Below the pieces are notes generated by a model. It was not told the DNA's origin. It did no database searches and saw only the letters and a list, made by a program, of their open reading frames with translations. From positions 1-51,280 of the forward strand of contig DATFPJ010000032.1 in NCBI GenBank assembly GCA_035264865.1: 51,280 bases of DNA. Direction: 5' to 3'. Each line of letters begins with the position of its first letter. The first letter of the stretch is position 1. Made by a program: the position numbers and the translations under genes. Shown here one piece after another: positions 17,242 to 25,435 of the stretch. The DNA comes from Solirubrobacterales bacterium (GTDB lineage: Bacteria > Actinomycetota > Thermoleophilia > Solirubrobacterales > 70-9).

Positions 17242-18506
17242 GCCGCTCCGAGGAGCTGTACCAGCGGGCTCTCGAGGTGATGCCGGGCGGGGTCAACTCC
17301 CCGGTGCGCGCGATGCAATCGATCGGCCGCAATCCGATCTTCATCGAGCGGGGCGAGGGACCGTTCATCTGGGACGTGGACGGCAATCGCTACGTCGATT
17401 GGGTCTCGTCCTGGGGGCCGCTGATCCTGGGCCACGCCGATCCGCTGGTCGTCGACGCGATCCGCAAGGCGGCGGGGCGCGGCACCGGCTACGGCGCCCC
17501 CACCGAGGGAGAGGTGGAGCTCGCCGGCGAGATCGCCGGGCGCTTCTCGAGCGTCGAGATGGTGCGCATGACCAGCTCCGGCACCGAGGCGACGATGTCG
17601 GCTCTGCGGCTCGCCCGGGCCGTCACCGAGCGAAGCACGATCGTCAAGTTCGCGGGTGCCTACCACGGCCACGTGGACGGGCTGCTGGCCAAGGCCGGCT
17701 CCGGGCTCGCCACCGCGGGCGTCCCGGCGAGCCCGGGAGTGACGGAGGCGCAGGCTTCGGACACGGTGATCGTCCCCTGGAACGACGAGGAGGTGGTCGC
17801 GGACGCGATCTCCCGCACCGCTCCGGCGGCGGTGATCGCTGAGCCGATCCCGGCCAACATGGGTGTCGTTCCGCCGGCGCCGGGGTTCCTCGAGCACCTG
17901 CGCGACGCGACGGCCGAGGTGGGTGCGCTGCTCATTCTCGACGAGGTGATCAGCGGCTTTCGGGTTGCCCGCGGCGGGGCACAGGAGCTGCTCGGGATCG
18001 ACGCCGACCTGACCGTGATGGGCAAGGTGCTGGGCGGCGGGCTGCCCGCTGCGGCATACGGCGGTCCGCGCGAGCTGATGGAGCGGACCGCTCCCGCCGG
18101 CGACGTCTACCAGGCTGGCACCCTCTCGGGCAATCCGCTCGCGGTCGCTGCCGGGCTGGCGACGCTCCGCAAGCTCGACGGCGCCGCCTACGTGGGCCTG
18201 CGCGGGATCACCGAGACGCTCGCCGCCGGCCTGCGCGCGGCGGCGGGCGACCTGCCCGTCCAGGTGAGCAGCGTGCCTGGGCTGGTCACGGTCTTCTTCA
18301 GCGCCGAGCCCGTCAGCGACTTCGCCGGCGCGTCGGCATGCAACACCGCCGCCTATGGCCGCTTCTGCCGCGCGATGCTCGACCGGGGCGTCTACCCGCC
18401 AGCCTCGCAGTTCGAGGCCTGGTTTCCCTCGCTCGCCCACGATGACGAGGCGATCGCGGCGACGGTCGACGCGGCCGAGGAAGCCTTCAAGCAGGCCCTC
18501 TCTTAA
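17238..18506 (+). CDS. hemL: glutamate-1-semialdehyde 2,1-aminomutase
   Basis: Contains SRSEELYQRALEVMPGGVNSPVRA..GYG.PTE and the AAYGG region. There is no in-frame ATG/GTG/TTG between the upstream stop region and the conserved N-terminus. CTG 17238 aligns with the Met of characterised HemL proteins, so the start is non-canonical or uncertain. Confidence 0.88.
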   Translation: MSRSEELYQRALEVMPGGVNSPVRAMQSIGRNPIFIERGEGPFIWDVDGNRYVDWVSSWGPLILGHADPLVVDAIRKAAGRGTGYGAPTEGEVELAGEIAGRFSSVEMVRMTSSGTEATMSALRLARAVTERSTIVKFAGAYHGHVDGLLAKAGSGLATAGVPASPGVTEAQASDTVIVPWNDEEVVADAISRTAPAAVIAEPIPANMGVVPPAPGFLEHLRDATAEVGALLILDEVISGFRVARGGAQELLGIDADLTVMGKVLGGGLPAAAYGGPRELMERTAPAGDVYQAGTLSGNPLAVAAGLATLRKLDGAAYVGLRGITETLAAGLRAAAGDLPVQVSSVPGLVTVFFSAEPVSDFAGASACNTAAYGRFCRAMLDRGVYPPASQFEAWFPSLAHDDEAIAATVDAAEEAFKQALS

Positions 18507-18518
18507 TCTCGCGGCGAT

Positions 18519-19127
18519 ATGGCCTCGACCGTGACCTCGCTCGCCGCCCTGGCGGCACTTCTCCGCGACGGGGAGAACGTGATCGCCCGCCACGTCACCG
18601 ACTCCGATCAGCCGCCGGCGCTCGGCGCTCTCGCCGCCGCCGGCCCACGCGCTGCCGCGGCGCCTGACGAGTACGTGCTGCTGGTCGAGGCGATCCGGGA
18701 GGGCTATCTCCTCCACTACGAGACGCCGCGCCTGATCGAGGGAGCCGATCCGGACCTGCGCCTCCTCGCGGGCGACTACCTGTACGCCCTCGGCCTTGAG
18801 CGGCTCGCGGCACGCGGGGATCTCGATGCGGTCCGCGAGCTCGCCGACCTGATCAGCCTCTCCGCCCAGGTCCACGCCGAGAAGGACGGTGACGAGGGCC
18901 GACGGCTCACCGCGGCGTTGTGGCTGGCGTCGACCGTCGCGGTCGCGGTCGGCTCGACCCCAGAGCACGAGCATGCGAAGGAGGCGGTGCGCTCCGGGGA
19001 GCCCAGGGCCGCCTCGCAGCTGCTCGATGGAGCGGCCGAGAACGCCCGCCGAGCGGGCCTGGGGGATGCCCTGGCACTCGCAGCCGACTCGATAGGCTTC
19101 GATCGAGACCTCCCGAATCGTGGCTGA
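18519..19127 (+). CDS. hypothetical protein, possibly a degenerate polyprenyl-synthase-like (HepS-like) subunit
   Basis: 202 aa. VEAIREGYLLHYETP and LLAGDYLYALGLERLA resemble the regions around the first DDxxD of trans-prenyltransferases, but the aspartates are absent. Pattern-level call only. Confidence 0.5.
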   Translation: MASTVTSLAALAALLRDGENVIARHVTDSDQPPALGALAAAGPRAAAAPDEYVLLVEAIREGYLLHYETPRLIEGADPDLRLLAGDYLYALGLERLAARGDLDAVRELADLISLSAQVHAEKDGDEGRRLTAALWLASTVAVAVGSTPEHEHAKEAVRSGEPRAASQLLDGAAENARRAGLGDALALAADSIGFDRDLPNRG

Positions 19128-19803
19128 CCAGGGAAACGACAAACAGGGGGCGCCCTCTCGGCTCGAGACGCCGGACCCCGCGGGCTACTTCAAGGGCGAG
19201 TCGATGACTCGCCGCACCGCGTTCACCATCGGCGTCCAGGCGCTGGGCGGGCTCGCCGGCGCCGCCGTCGCGCTCCCCGCCATCGGCTTCGCCGTCGCGC
19301 CCCTCTTCGAGGAGGAGGAGCAGCCCTGGCAGGCGGTCGGGCCGACCACGGACTTCAGCCCCGACACCTACCGCCCCGTGGTGATCACCGCGGTCCAGGG
19401 GATCGGCGAGACCGGCAAGACCACGGCGTACGTCCGCCAGGGGAATCCGGAGATCACCAAGGACACGAAGTACCCACCCGAGTCGCCCGACGAGTACATC
19501 GCGATCTCCACGCGCTGTGCGCACCTCGGCTGTCCGGTGCGCTTCGTGCAGGCGGCGGGCAACTTCATCTGCCCCTGCCACGGCGGCGTCTACGGCTTCG
19601 TCGGCGAGCGGATCGGCGGGCCGCCGGTCCGGCCGCTCGACCGCTTCCAGACCCGGGTCACCAACGGGCAGGTCGAGATCGGGCCGCGCTACAGCGTCAC
19701 CAACGACCTCGATCCGGTCCGCGCCCGGGATCCGGGCGAGTACACCGGCGGTATCTGGAACGTCCTCTACCCGCCGCGGCCCTCGGTGCCGCCGCCGCCG
19801 TAG
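19120..19803 (+). CDS. qcrA: menaquinol-cytochrome c reductase Rieske iron-sulfur subunit
   Basis: Rieske boxes CAHLGC and CPCHGG, plus a twin-arginine N-region MTRRTAFTIG. GTG 19120 overlaps the previous stop; ATG 19204 is an alternative start. Confidence 0.85.
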   Translation: MADQGNDKQGAPSRLETPDPAGYFKGESMTRRTAFTIGVQALGGLAGAAVALPAIGFAVAPLFEEEEQPWQAVGPTTDFSPDTYRPVVITAVQGIGETGKTTAYVRQGNPEITKDTKYPPESPDEYIAISTRCAHLGCPVRFVQAAGNFICPCHGGVYGFVGERIGGPPVRPLDRFQTRVTNGQVEIGPRYSVTNDLDPVRARDPGEYTGGIWNVLYPPRPSVPPPP

Positions 19804-19813
19804 GAGCGAGGAG

Positions 19814-20629
19814 ATGAAGCTTCCCGAGGGACTGATCCCAGCACCGCTTCGCCGCCCCGCCCCTCCGGGGGAGCGGACGAACGGCGCGGGCGGCAACGGC
19901 AAGGGAGCCATCGACGTGGCCAAGGAGGGTGGCGCGGACGTCGTCGGCTGGCTCGACGAGCGCACCGGCGGCGCGAGCTTCCTCACCGGGATGCTCTACC
20001 GGAAGGTGCCGAAGGGGACCAATTGGTTCTACACGCTGGGCTCGGCCACGCTCTTCGCCTTCACCTTCCAGGCGCTGACCGGTGTCTTCCTGGCGATGTA
20101 CTACACCCCGTCGCCGACCCAGGCCTACGGGTCGATCACGCACCTGACCAACGACGTCTGGCTGGGCGAGTTCGTCCGAGGCATGCACAAGTGGGGCTCC
20201 TCGGTGATGATCATCTGCATCTTCCTGCACATGGGGCGGGTTTTCTTCTTCGGCGCCTACAAGTACCCGCGGGAGCTCAACTGGGTGATCGGCGTCGTGT
20301 TGCTGATCCTCACCCTGGTGATGGGGCTCACGGGTTACCTGCTGCCATTCGACCAGCGTTCCTACTGGGCGACGATCGTCGCCAACAACATCACCGGCAC
20401 GGGTCCCGTTCTCGGCCCCTACCTCGCCGATTTCCTCCGAGCCGGCCCCGAGATCGGCGCCACGACCCTGTCGCGGTTCTACGCGATCCACATGCTCCTT
20501 GTGCCCGGGTTGATATTCGCCCTGATCGGGGCGCACCTCTACCTGGTGGTCAAGCTGGGCACGACGGCGCCGCCCTGGCTGCGCATCGCCCGCCCCAAGT
20601 CCGCGGTGCGAAGGGAGGAGGTCGGTTGA
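19814..20629 (+). CDS. qcrB: cytochrome b6-type subunit of menaquinol-cytochrome c reductase
   Basis: ATG preceded by GAGGAG. Four-helix cytochrome b N-terminal domain with paired His (RGMHKWGSSVMIICIFLHMG; FYAIHMLLVPGLIFALIGAHL) and PFDQRSYWA. Confidence 0.9.
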   Translation: MKLPEGLIPAPLRRPAPPGERTNGAGGNGKGAIDVAKEGGADVVGWLDERTGGASFLTGMLYRKVPKGTNWFYTLGSATLFAFTFQALTGVFLAMYYTPSPTQAYGSITHLTNDVWLGEFVRGMHKWGSSVMIICIFLHMGRVFFFGAYKYPRELNWVIGVVLLILTLVMGLTGYLLPFDQRSYWATIVANNITGTGPVLGPYLADFLRAGPEIGATTLSRFYAIHMLLVPGLIFALIGAHLYLVVKLGTTAPPWLRIARPKSAVRREEVG

Positions 20630-21327
20630 ACCGCGCCGAGAAGGAGGCCTACCTCCGTGAGTACGAGGTAGCGAAGAAGAAGGGCAAGCCGTTCTTCCCG
20701 TACGCGGTCCTCAAGGACACGACGATGATGCTGGTCGTCGCGCTGGTGATCGTCGGGATGTCGATCCTCCTCGGCGCCGAGCAGGGGCCGAAGGTGGACC
20801 CCACCACCACCACCTATACGCCGCGGCCCGAGTGGTACTTCTACTTCCTCTTCGAGCTCCTGCGGGTGATCAAGCCCGTCTGGGCGGTCCCGATCGCGAC
20901 GATCGGGATCCCGACGGTCTGCATGGTGCTCCTCCTCCTGCTCCCCTTCTACGACCGCAACCCGGAGCGAAGAATCGAGCGCAGGCCGATCGCCGCGACC
21001 GCCGGCATCCTGACGATCATCGCCATGGCGTACCTGACGTACCTGGGCGCCACCGCCGGCCCGCCGAGCGAGGTGGACCTGCAGACCTCCGCGGCCCTCG
21101 AGCCGGGCAAGGAGGTCGTCGCCCAGTCGGGCTGCCTTGCCTGCCACAAGCTGGGCGACAACGGGAACGACGGGCCCGGCCCGGAGCTGACCCACATCGG
21201 TGCCCGAGTCCCGCGCAACGCGATCGCGCGCTCGCTCGAGGTGGGGCCGAGCATCATGCCTTCATACGCCGGCCTGCCTCCGCAGAAGTTCGAGGCGCTG
21301 ACCGCGTTCCTGGCCTCGCTGAACTGA
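20626..21327 (+). CDS. qcrC: cytochrome b subunit-IV-like / cytochrome c fusion
   Basis: TTG start overlaps the qcrB stop (TTGA). The N-terminal part has PEWYFYFLFELLR (cytochrome b C-terminal domain). The C-terminal part has a CLACH heme-c motif. Confidence 0.85.
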   Translation: MNRAEKEAYLREYEVAKKKGKPFFPYAVLKDTTMMLVVALVIVGMSILLGAEQGPKVDPTTTTYTPRPEWYFYFLFELLRVIKPVWAVPIATIGIPTVCMVLLLLLPFYDRNPERRIERRPIAATAGILTIIAMAYLTYLGATAGPPSEVDLQTSAALEPGKEVVAQSGCLACHKLGDNGNDGPGPELTHIGARVPRNAIARSLEVGPSIMPSYAGLPPQKFEALTAFLASLN

Positions 21328-21333
21328 GCGCTC

Positions 21334-21339
21334 TAATCT
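21334..21339 (+). promoter_or_regulatory. candidate -10 hexamer (TAATCT), 7 nt before menG ATG (leaderless geometry)
   Basis: The context CTCTAATCTCG resembles CTCTTAATCTCG at 18501-18512 upstream of the 18519 gene. Confidence 0.35.
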
Positions 21340-21346
21340 CGATTCG

Positions 21347-22096
21347 ATGAGTGTCTCGTCCGACACGGAGACGGGCGGCGGCGTGCCGAGACGCGACTCC
21401 GAGGAGTTCGCCAGCGAGGTCCGCGGCATGTTCGACCGGATCGCCGGCGTCTACGACGTCGTCAACTCGGCGATGACCGCCGGTCTCCATCACCAGTGGC
21501 GGCAGCGGGCCGTGGACCGGGCGGAGGTGGGGCCGGGAGACGACGCGCTCGACGTCTGCTGTGGGACGGGGGATCTCGCGCTCGAGCTGCGGCGGCGAAT
21601 CGGGGCGGACGGCCGTGTCGTCGGCTGCGACTTCTCGGATCCGATGTTGGAGCTGGCCCGGCGGAAGAGCGGCGAGCAGGGTCTGCCGGTCGAGTTCGGC
21701 TGGGCGGACGCGCTCGAGCTGCCCTACGGCGACGCGAGCTTCGACGCGGTCACCGTCGGCTTCGGGGCCCGCAACCTGGCGGATCTCGAACGAGGACTCG
21801 CCGAGATGGCGCGGGTCCTGCGGCCCGGCGGCCGACTGGTGATCCTCGAGATCACGCGGCCCCAGCGCGAGCCGCTCGCGACGTTCTATTCCCTGTGGTT
21901 CGACCGGCTCGTCCCCGTGATCGGGACGCTCGCCGGCGACCAGGACGCCTACAGCTACCTGCCCAACTCGGTGCGGACCTTCCCCGAGCCGCGCGAGCTC
22001 GCCGGGCTGATCGACGCGGCCGGCTTCGAGCGGATCCGCTGGCTGCTGCTCGCGGGAGGGATCATCGCCATCCACAGCGCCGTCAAGTCCGCGTGA
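21347..22096 (+). CDS. menG: demethylmenaquinone methyltransferase (UbiE/MenG)
   Basis: Contains FDRIAGVYDVVNSAMTAGLHHQWR and the SAM motif DVCCGTGDLA, plus YSYLPNSV. Confidence 0.9.
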   Translation: MSVSSDTETGGGVPRRDSEEFASEVRGMFDRIAGVYDVVNSAMTAGLHHQWRQRAVDRAEVGPGDDALDVCCGTGDLALELRRRIGADGRVVGCDFSDPMLELARRKSGEQGLPVEFGWADALELPYGDASFDAVTVGFGARNLADLERGLAEMARVLRPGGRLVILEITRPQREPLATFYSLWFDRLVPVIGTLAGDQDAYSYLPNSVRTFPEPRELAGLIDAAGFERIRWLLLAGGIIAIHSAVKSA

Positions 22097-23073
22097 CCGG
22101 ATCCTCCGTACCACCTCCCGTGACCGCCGTGATGGACGCCGCCAGCGCCTGGCTGCCGGCGCGGATGGCGGAGGTCGAGGACAGGCTCGCCGAGCTTTCG
22201 GTGTCGTACGGGCCGAGGCTGGCGGAGGACGCGGAGGCGACCCTGACCGCCGGTGGCAAGCGGCTGCGCCCGCTGCTTGTCCTGATGGCAGCTGGTGGCT
22301 CCGCCGGCGACCGCGCGGTACACGCCGCGGCGGCCGTCGAGATGGTTCACATGGCGACCCTGGTGCACGACGACGTCCTCGACGGGGCGCCGGTGCGCCG
22401 GGGCCGACCGACGGTCGTCGCGCGCTCGGGCCGCGACCGGGCCGTCGGCGTGGGGGACCTGCTCTTCTCGCGCGCCTTCGCCGAGCTCGCCGTCGATGGT
22501 GAGGTCTCCGAGGTAGCGGAGCTCAGCTCGGCCTCGGTCGCGCTTGCGCTCGGCGAGCTCGCCCAGCGTCGGGACGCATACGACACCTCGATCTCCGAGG
22601 AGCGCTACCTCGAGCGCTGCTCGCTGAAGACTGCGCGCCTCTTCGAGTCCGCCTGTCGGATGGGGCGCCTCGCCTCCGGTGCGCCGGGAACCGAGGAGCT
22701 CGCGTCCTTCGGCCGGGAGATCGGGCTGGCCTTCCAGCTGCTCGATGACGTACTCGACGTCACGGGACCGCCCGAGCGAACCGGCAAGGCTCGAGGGACC
22801 GACCTGCTGGACGGAACGGTCACCCTGCCGTTGATCCTCGCCCGCCGGCTCGATCCCTCACTCGAGGAGGTCGAGCTGCGGGGCCTCGACGAAGAGGCCG
22901 CCGAGACGCTCTGTGAGCGAATCGCCGCGACCGGCGCGCTCGAGCGGGTCCGCGAGCGCGCCGAGCAGGGCATCGCCCGCGCCAAGGCGCTCCTCGACGA
23001 CCCCAACTTCTCGGATGAGGAGCGGGAGCTGCTGGGGCTGATCGCCGACGGCGTCGTCGAGCGCTACTCCTGA
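22093..23073 (+). CDS. polyprenyl diphosphate synthase (HepT/IspB-like)
   Basis: GTG overlaps the menG stop (GTGA). Contains GGKRLRP, a first DDxxD in LVHDDVLD and a second in FQLLDDVLD. Confidence 0.85.
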   Translation: MTGSSVPPPVTAVMDAASAWLPARMAEVEDRLAELSVSYGPRLAEDAEATLTAGGKRLRPLLVLMAAGGSAGDRAVHAAAAVEMVHMATLVHDDVLDGAPVRRGRPTVVARSGRDRAVGVGDLLFSRAFAELAVDGEVSEVAELSSASVALALGELAQRRDAYDTSISEERYLERCSLKTARLFESACRMGRLASGAPGTEELASFGREIGLAFQLLDDVLDVTGPPERTGKARGTDLLDGTVTLPLILARRLDPSLEEVELRGLDEEAAETLCERIAATGALERVRERAEQGIARAKALLDDPNFSDEERELLGLIADGVVERYS

Positions 23074-23081
23074 AAAGACAA

Positions 23082-23099
23082 CGACCCCCGGAGGGGTCG
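23082..23099. terminator. GC-rich hairpin between convergent genes (CGACCCC-cgga-GGGGTCG)
   Basis: 7-bp stem with a 4-nt loop. On the - strand it is followed by TTGTCTTTTC. Confidence 0.45.
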
Positions 23100-23141
23100 C
23101 CGCCTTGCAGGGAGGTGACTCTGTTTTGGAGTGGTACTGCT

Positions 23142-23525
23142 CTAGAAGTCCTCGGGGAGGATGCTGTCGGCCGCCAGGGCAGCGGCGAAGCGATCTGCCT
23201 CGTCCTCCATGTTGCCCCGCGTCAGGGTGCGCAGGTCCTCGACCAGCTCCTGTCCGCCGCGATCGAGCTCCTCGTCGTAGCGGTCGACCTCGTCCTGCGA
23301 GTAGCTGCCGCGGCCCCACCACTCGCACTCCGGGCAGCGGAGCTCGACGTTCCAGTAACCGTCGCCCTGCTCGTGCCAATTCGTGGGCTGGACCAAAGCC
23401 GAGGAGCACTCGGGGCAGCACTGCATCCCCTCGCGTGACCGCTGTGTGCTGGGCCTCGCCGTTGTCCGCTTCGGAACTCCCATCGTGGGGGACCTATCGG
23501 TGCCTGCGGCACGACCTTTAGGCAC
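23142..23525 (-). CDS. hypothetical zinc-ribbon protein
   Basis: CPEC...17 aa...CPEC pair followed by an acidic C-terminal half. Start uncertain: GTG 23525, ATG 23483 or ATG 23426. Confidence 0.5.
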   Translation of the reverse strand: MPKGRAAGTDRSPTMGVPKRTTARPSTQRSREGMQCCPECSSALVQPTNWHEQGDGYWNVELRCPECEWWGRGSYSQDEVDRYDEELDRGGQELVEDLRTLTRGNMEDEADRFAAALAADSILPEDF

Positions 23526-23557
23526 AAAATTGAGGTTTCTGCGATCTCGCGGGAAAC

Positions 23558-23584
23558 CCGCATTCAGCGGCTTAATGCGGTTTT
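23558..23584 (+). terminator. intrinsic-terminator-like hairpin plus T-tract upstream of dcd
   Basis: CCGCATT-(9 nt)-AATGCGG followed by TTTT. A competing hairpin GCGGG-aaa-CCCGC (23549-23561) shares 4 nt with its 5' arm. Confidence 0.4.
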
Positions 23585-23658
23585 GCGGCGATCCGACGCG
23601 AATACACTCAGACGAGGGCGCTCCCGCGGGTTAAACCGGGGAAAGCACCTCACTAATC

Positions 23659-24264
23659 ATGGTTCTGAGCGATCGCACGATCAAGGAGGAAGTGGCCGCC
23701 GGCCGGCTCGTCTTCGACCCCTACGACGAGTCATTGGTGCAGCCCTCGAGCGTCGACATGCGGGTCGACCGGAGCTTCCGGGTCTTCAACAACTCCCGCT
23801 ACCCGTTCATCGACGTGCGGGAGCCGATGGAGAACCTGACCGAGCTGGTCACGGTCAAGGACGACGAGCCGTTCGTCCTGCACCCGGGCGAGTTCGTGCT
23901 CGGACAGACGCTCGAGAGGGTCCGCCTGCCCGACGACCTGGTCGCGCGCCTCGAGGGAAAGAGCTCGCTGGGCAGGCTCGGCCTGGTCATCCACTCGACG
24001 GCTGGCTTCGTCGATCCGGGTTTCGAGGGCAATCTGACCCTGGAGCTCTCGAATCTGGCGAACCTCCCGATCACGATCTACCACGGCATGCCGATCGGGC
24101 AGATCTCGTTCATGCGCATGGACGCCCCCGTCGAGCACGCCTACGGCGCGAGCGAGGCGGGCAGCAAGTACCAGGGCCAGGCCGAGCCCACAGCGAGCCG
24201 GTTTTACCTCAACTTCCGCGAGAACGGCGTAGGCGACCGCGAGCGGTCGCGCAGTAAGCCTTAG
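23659..24264 (+). CDS. dcd: dCTP deaminase
   Basis: Contains MVLSDRTIKEEV, QPSSVDMRV, EGKSSLGRLGL and the PGFEGNLTLEL motif. Confidence 0.92.
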   Translation: MVLSDRTIKEEVAAGRLVFDPYDESLVQPSSVDMRVDRSFRVFNNSRYPFIDVREPMENLTELVTVKDDEPFVLHPGEFVLGQTLERVRLPDDLVARLEGKSSLGRLGLVIHSTAGFVDPGFEGNLTLELSNLANLPITIYHGMPIGQISFMRMDAPVEHAYGASEAGSKYQGQAEPTASRFYLNFRENGVGDRERSRSKP

Positions 24265-24311
24265 CTAAATGTTGCGGGGTGGATCACCCACCTGCCGCTA
24301 ACATCCGGGCA

Positions 24312-24614
24312 ATGCCGAACGTGGGACCGCTCGAGATCGCCGTCGTCCTCGTCATCGTGCTGATCATCTTCGGGCCGAAGCGCCTTCCGGAGCTGGGTCA
24401 GTCGATGGGACGTGGCATCCGCGAATTCAAGGCCTCGATCTCCGGGGACAAGGACAAGGACTCCCCGGAGGAGCAGCGCCGAGAGCTGCAGGCGAGCCAG
24501 CAGGCGCAGGCGAGCCAGCCACAGCCGCCGCCCGAGGCAGTCGCGGGCGACGCGAGTGCTGAGAATCAGGCGGAGCCCGTCGAGGGCGAAGTCGTCACCG
24601 AGAACAAGGGCTAG
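24312..24614 (+). CDS. tatA: twin-arginine translocase subunit TatA/E
   Basis: Internal ATG of track ORF 24279..24614. MPNVGPLEIAVVLVIVLIIFGPKRLPELG, followed by a charged tail. Confidence 0.85.
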   Translation: MPNVGPLEIAVVLVIVLIIFGPKRLPELGQSMGRGIREFKASISGDKDKDSPEEQRRELQASQQAQASQPQPPPEAVAGDASAENQAEPVEGEVVTENKG

Positions 24615-24616
24615 CA

Positions 24617-25402
24617 ATGGCCCGGCTTCGGCCGGTCGACTTCGAGGACCGGCTCACGCTCGTCGAGCATCTCGACGAGCTCCGTACGCGCATCGTGATC
24701 TCGATCGTGGCCTTCGGCGTCGCGTTCGCGCTCTGCTTCTGGCAGAACGACCGGCTGCTCGACATCGCCAACGCTCCGCTGCCCGGAGACCGCAACCCGA
24801 TCACGTTCGGCGTCGCCGAGCCGTTCACGACGACGATCACGATCTCGGCGTACGCGGCGCTCGTCCTCTCGCTGCCGGTGATCCTCTACCAGGCGTACGC
24901 GTTCATTCTCCCCGCCCTGTCGCCGCGAGAGAAGCGCTACGTGCTGCCCTTCGTCCTGATGGCGCCGGGGCTGTTCATCGCCGGTGTCGTCTTCGGGTAC
25001 TTCGTCGTGCTCCCCGCCGCCACCAACTTCCTCCTGAACTTCAACGACGCCCAGTTCAACATCCAGGTGCGGGCGCGCGACTACTACAGCTTCTTCACGC
25101 TGACCCTGGGAGTCATGGGACTGATCTTCCAGCTGCCGATCGGGATCCTCGGCGTCACCAGGCTTGGAATCGTCACCCCTGAGCAGCTGTCGAAGAACCG
25201 GCGCTACGCGTACATCATCCTGATCGTCGTCGCGGCGCTGCTACCGGGCACCGACCCCGTCACCATGCTGATCGAGGCGGTTCCACTCATCCTGCTCTTC
25301 GAGGGCAGCGTGCTGCTTTCCCGGGCGGTCGGGCGGCCGCCGGAGGCGGCGGAGGATCGCGAGGTCGCGGTCTCCGAGCCGCCGCCCAGCGAGGCAGCTT
25401 AG
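24617..25402 (+). CDS. tatC: twin-arginine translocase subunit TatC
   Basis: Contains LVEHLDELRTRI and six TM segments, with the FEGSVLL C-terminal region. Confidence 0.92.
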   Translation: MARLRPVDFEDRLTLVEHLDELRTRIVISIVAFGVAFALCFWQNDRLLDIANAPLPGDRNPITFGVAEPFTTTITISAYAALVLSLPVILYQAYAFILPALSPREKRYVLPFVLMAPGLFIAGVVFGYFVVLPAATNFLLNFNDAQFNIQVRARDYYSFFTLTLGVMGLIFQLPIGILGVTRLGIVTPEQLSKNRRYAYIILIVVAALLPGTDPVTMLIEAVPLILLFEGSVLLSRAVGRPPEAAEDREVAVSEPPPSEAA

Positions 25403-25423
25403 GCCTCGCTCAGAGCGACCCTC

Positions 25424-25429
25424 TAGGCT
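25424..25429 (+). promoter_or_regulatory. candidate -10 hexamer (TAGGCT), 6 nt before GTG 25436 (leaderless geometry)
   Basis: TANNNT hexamer with a 6-nt gap and no SD sequence. Confidence 0.3.
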
Positions 25430-25435
25430 TCCGCC

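Noticed and set aside
17196-19142. 648-aa - strand ORF antisense to hemL and the 18519 gene
   Set aside because: The HemL frame has unambiguous PLP aminomutase motifs. The antisense product has none.
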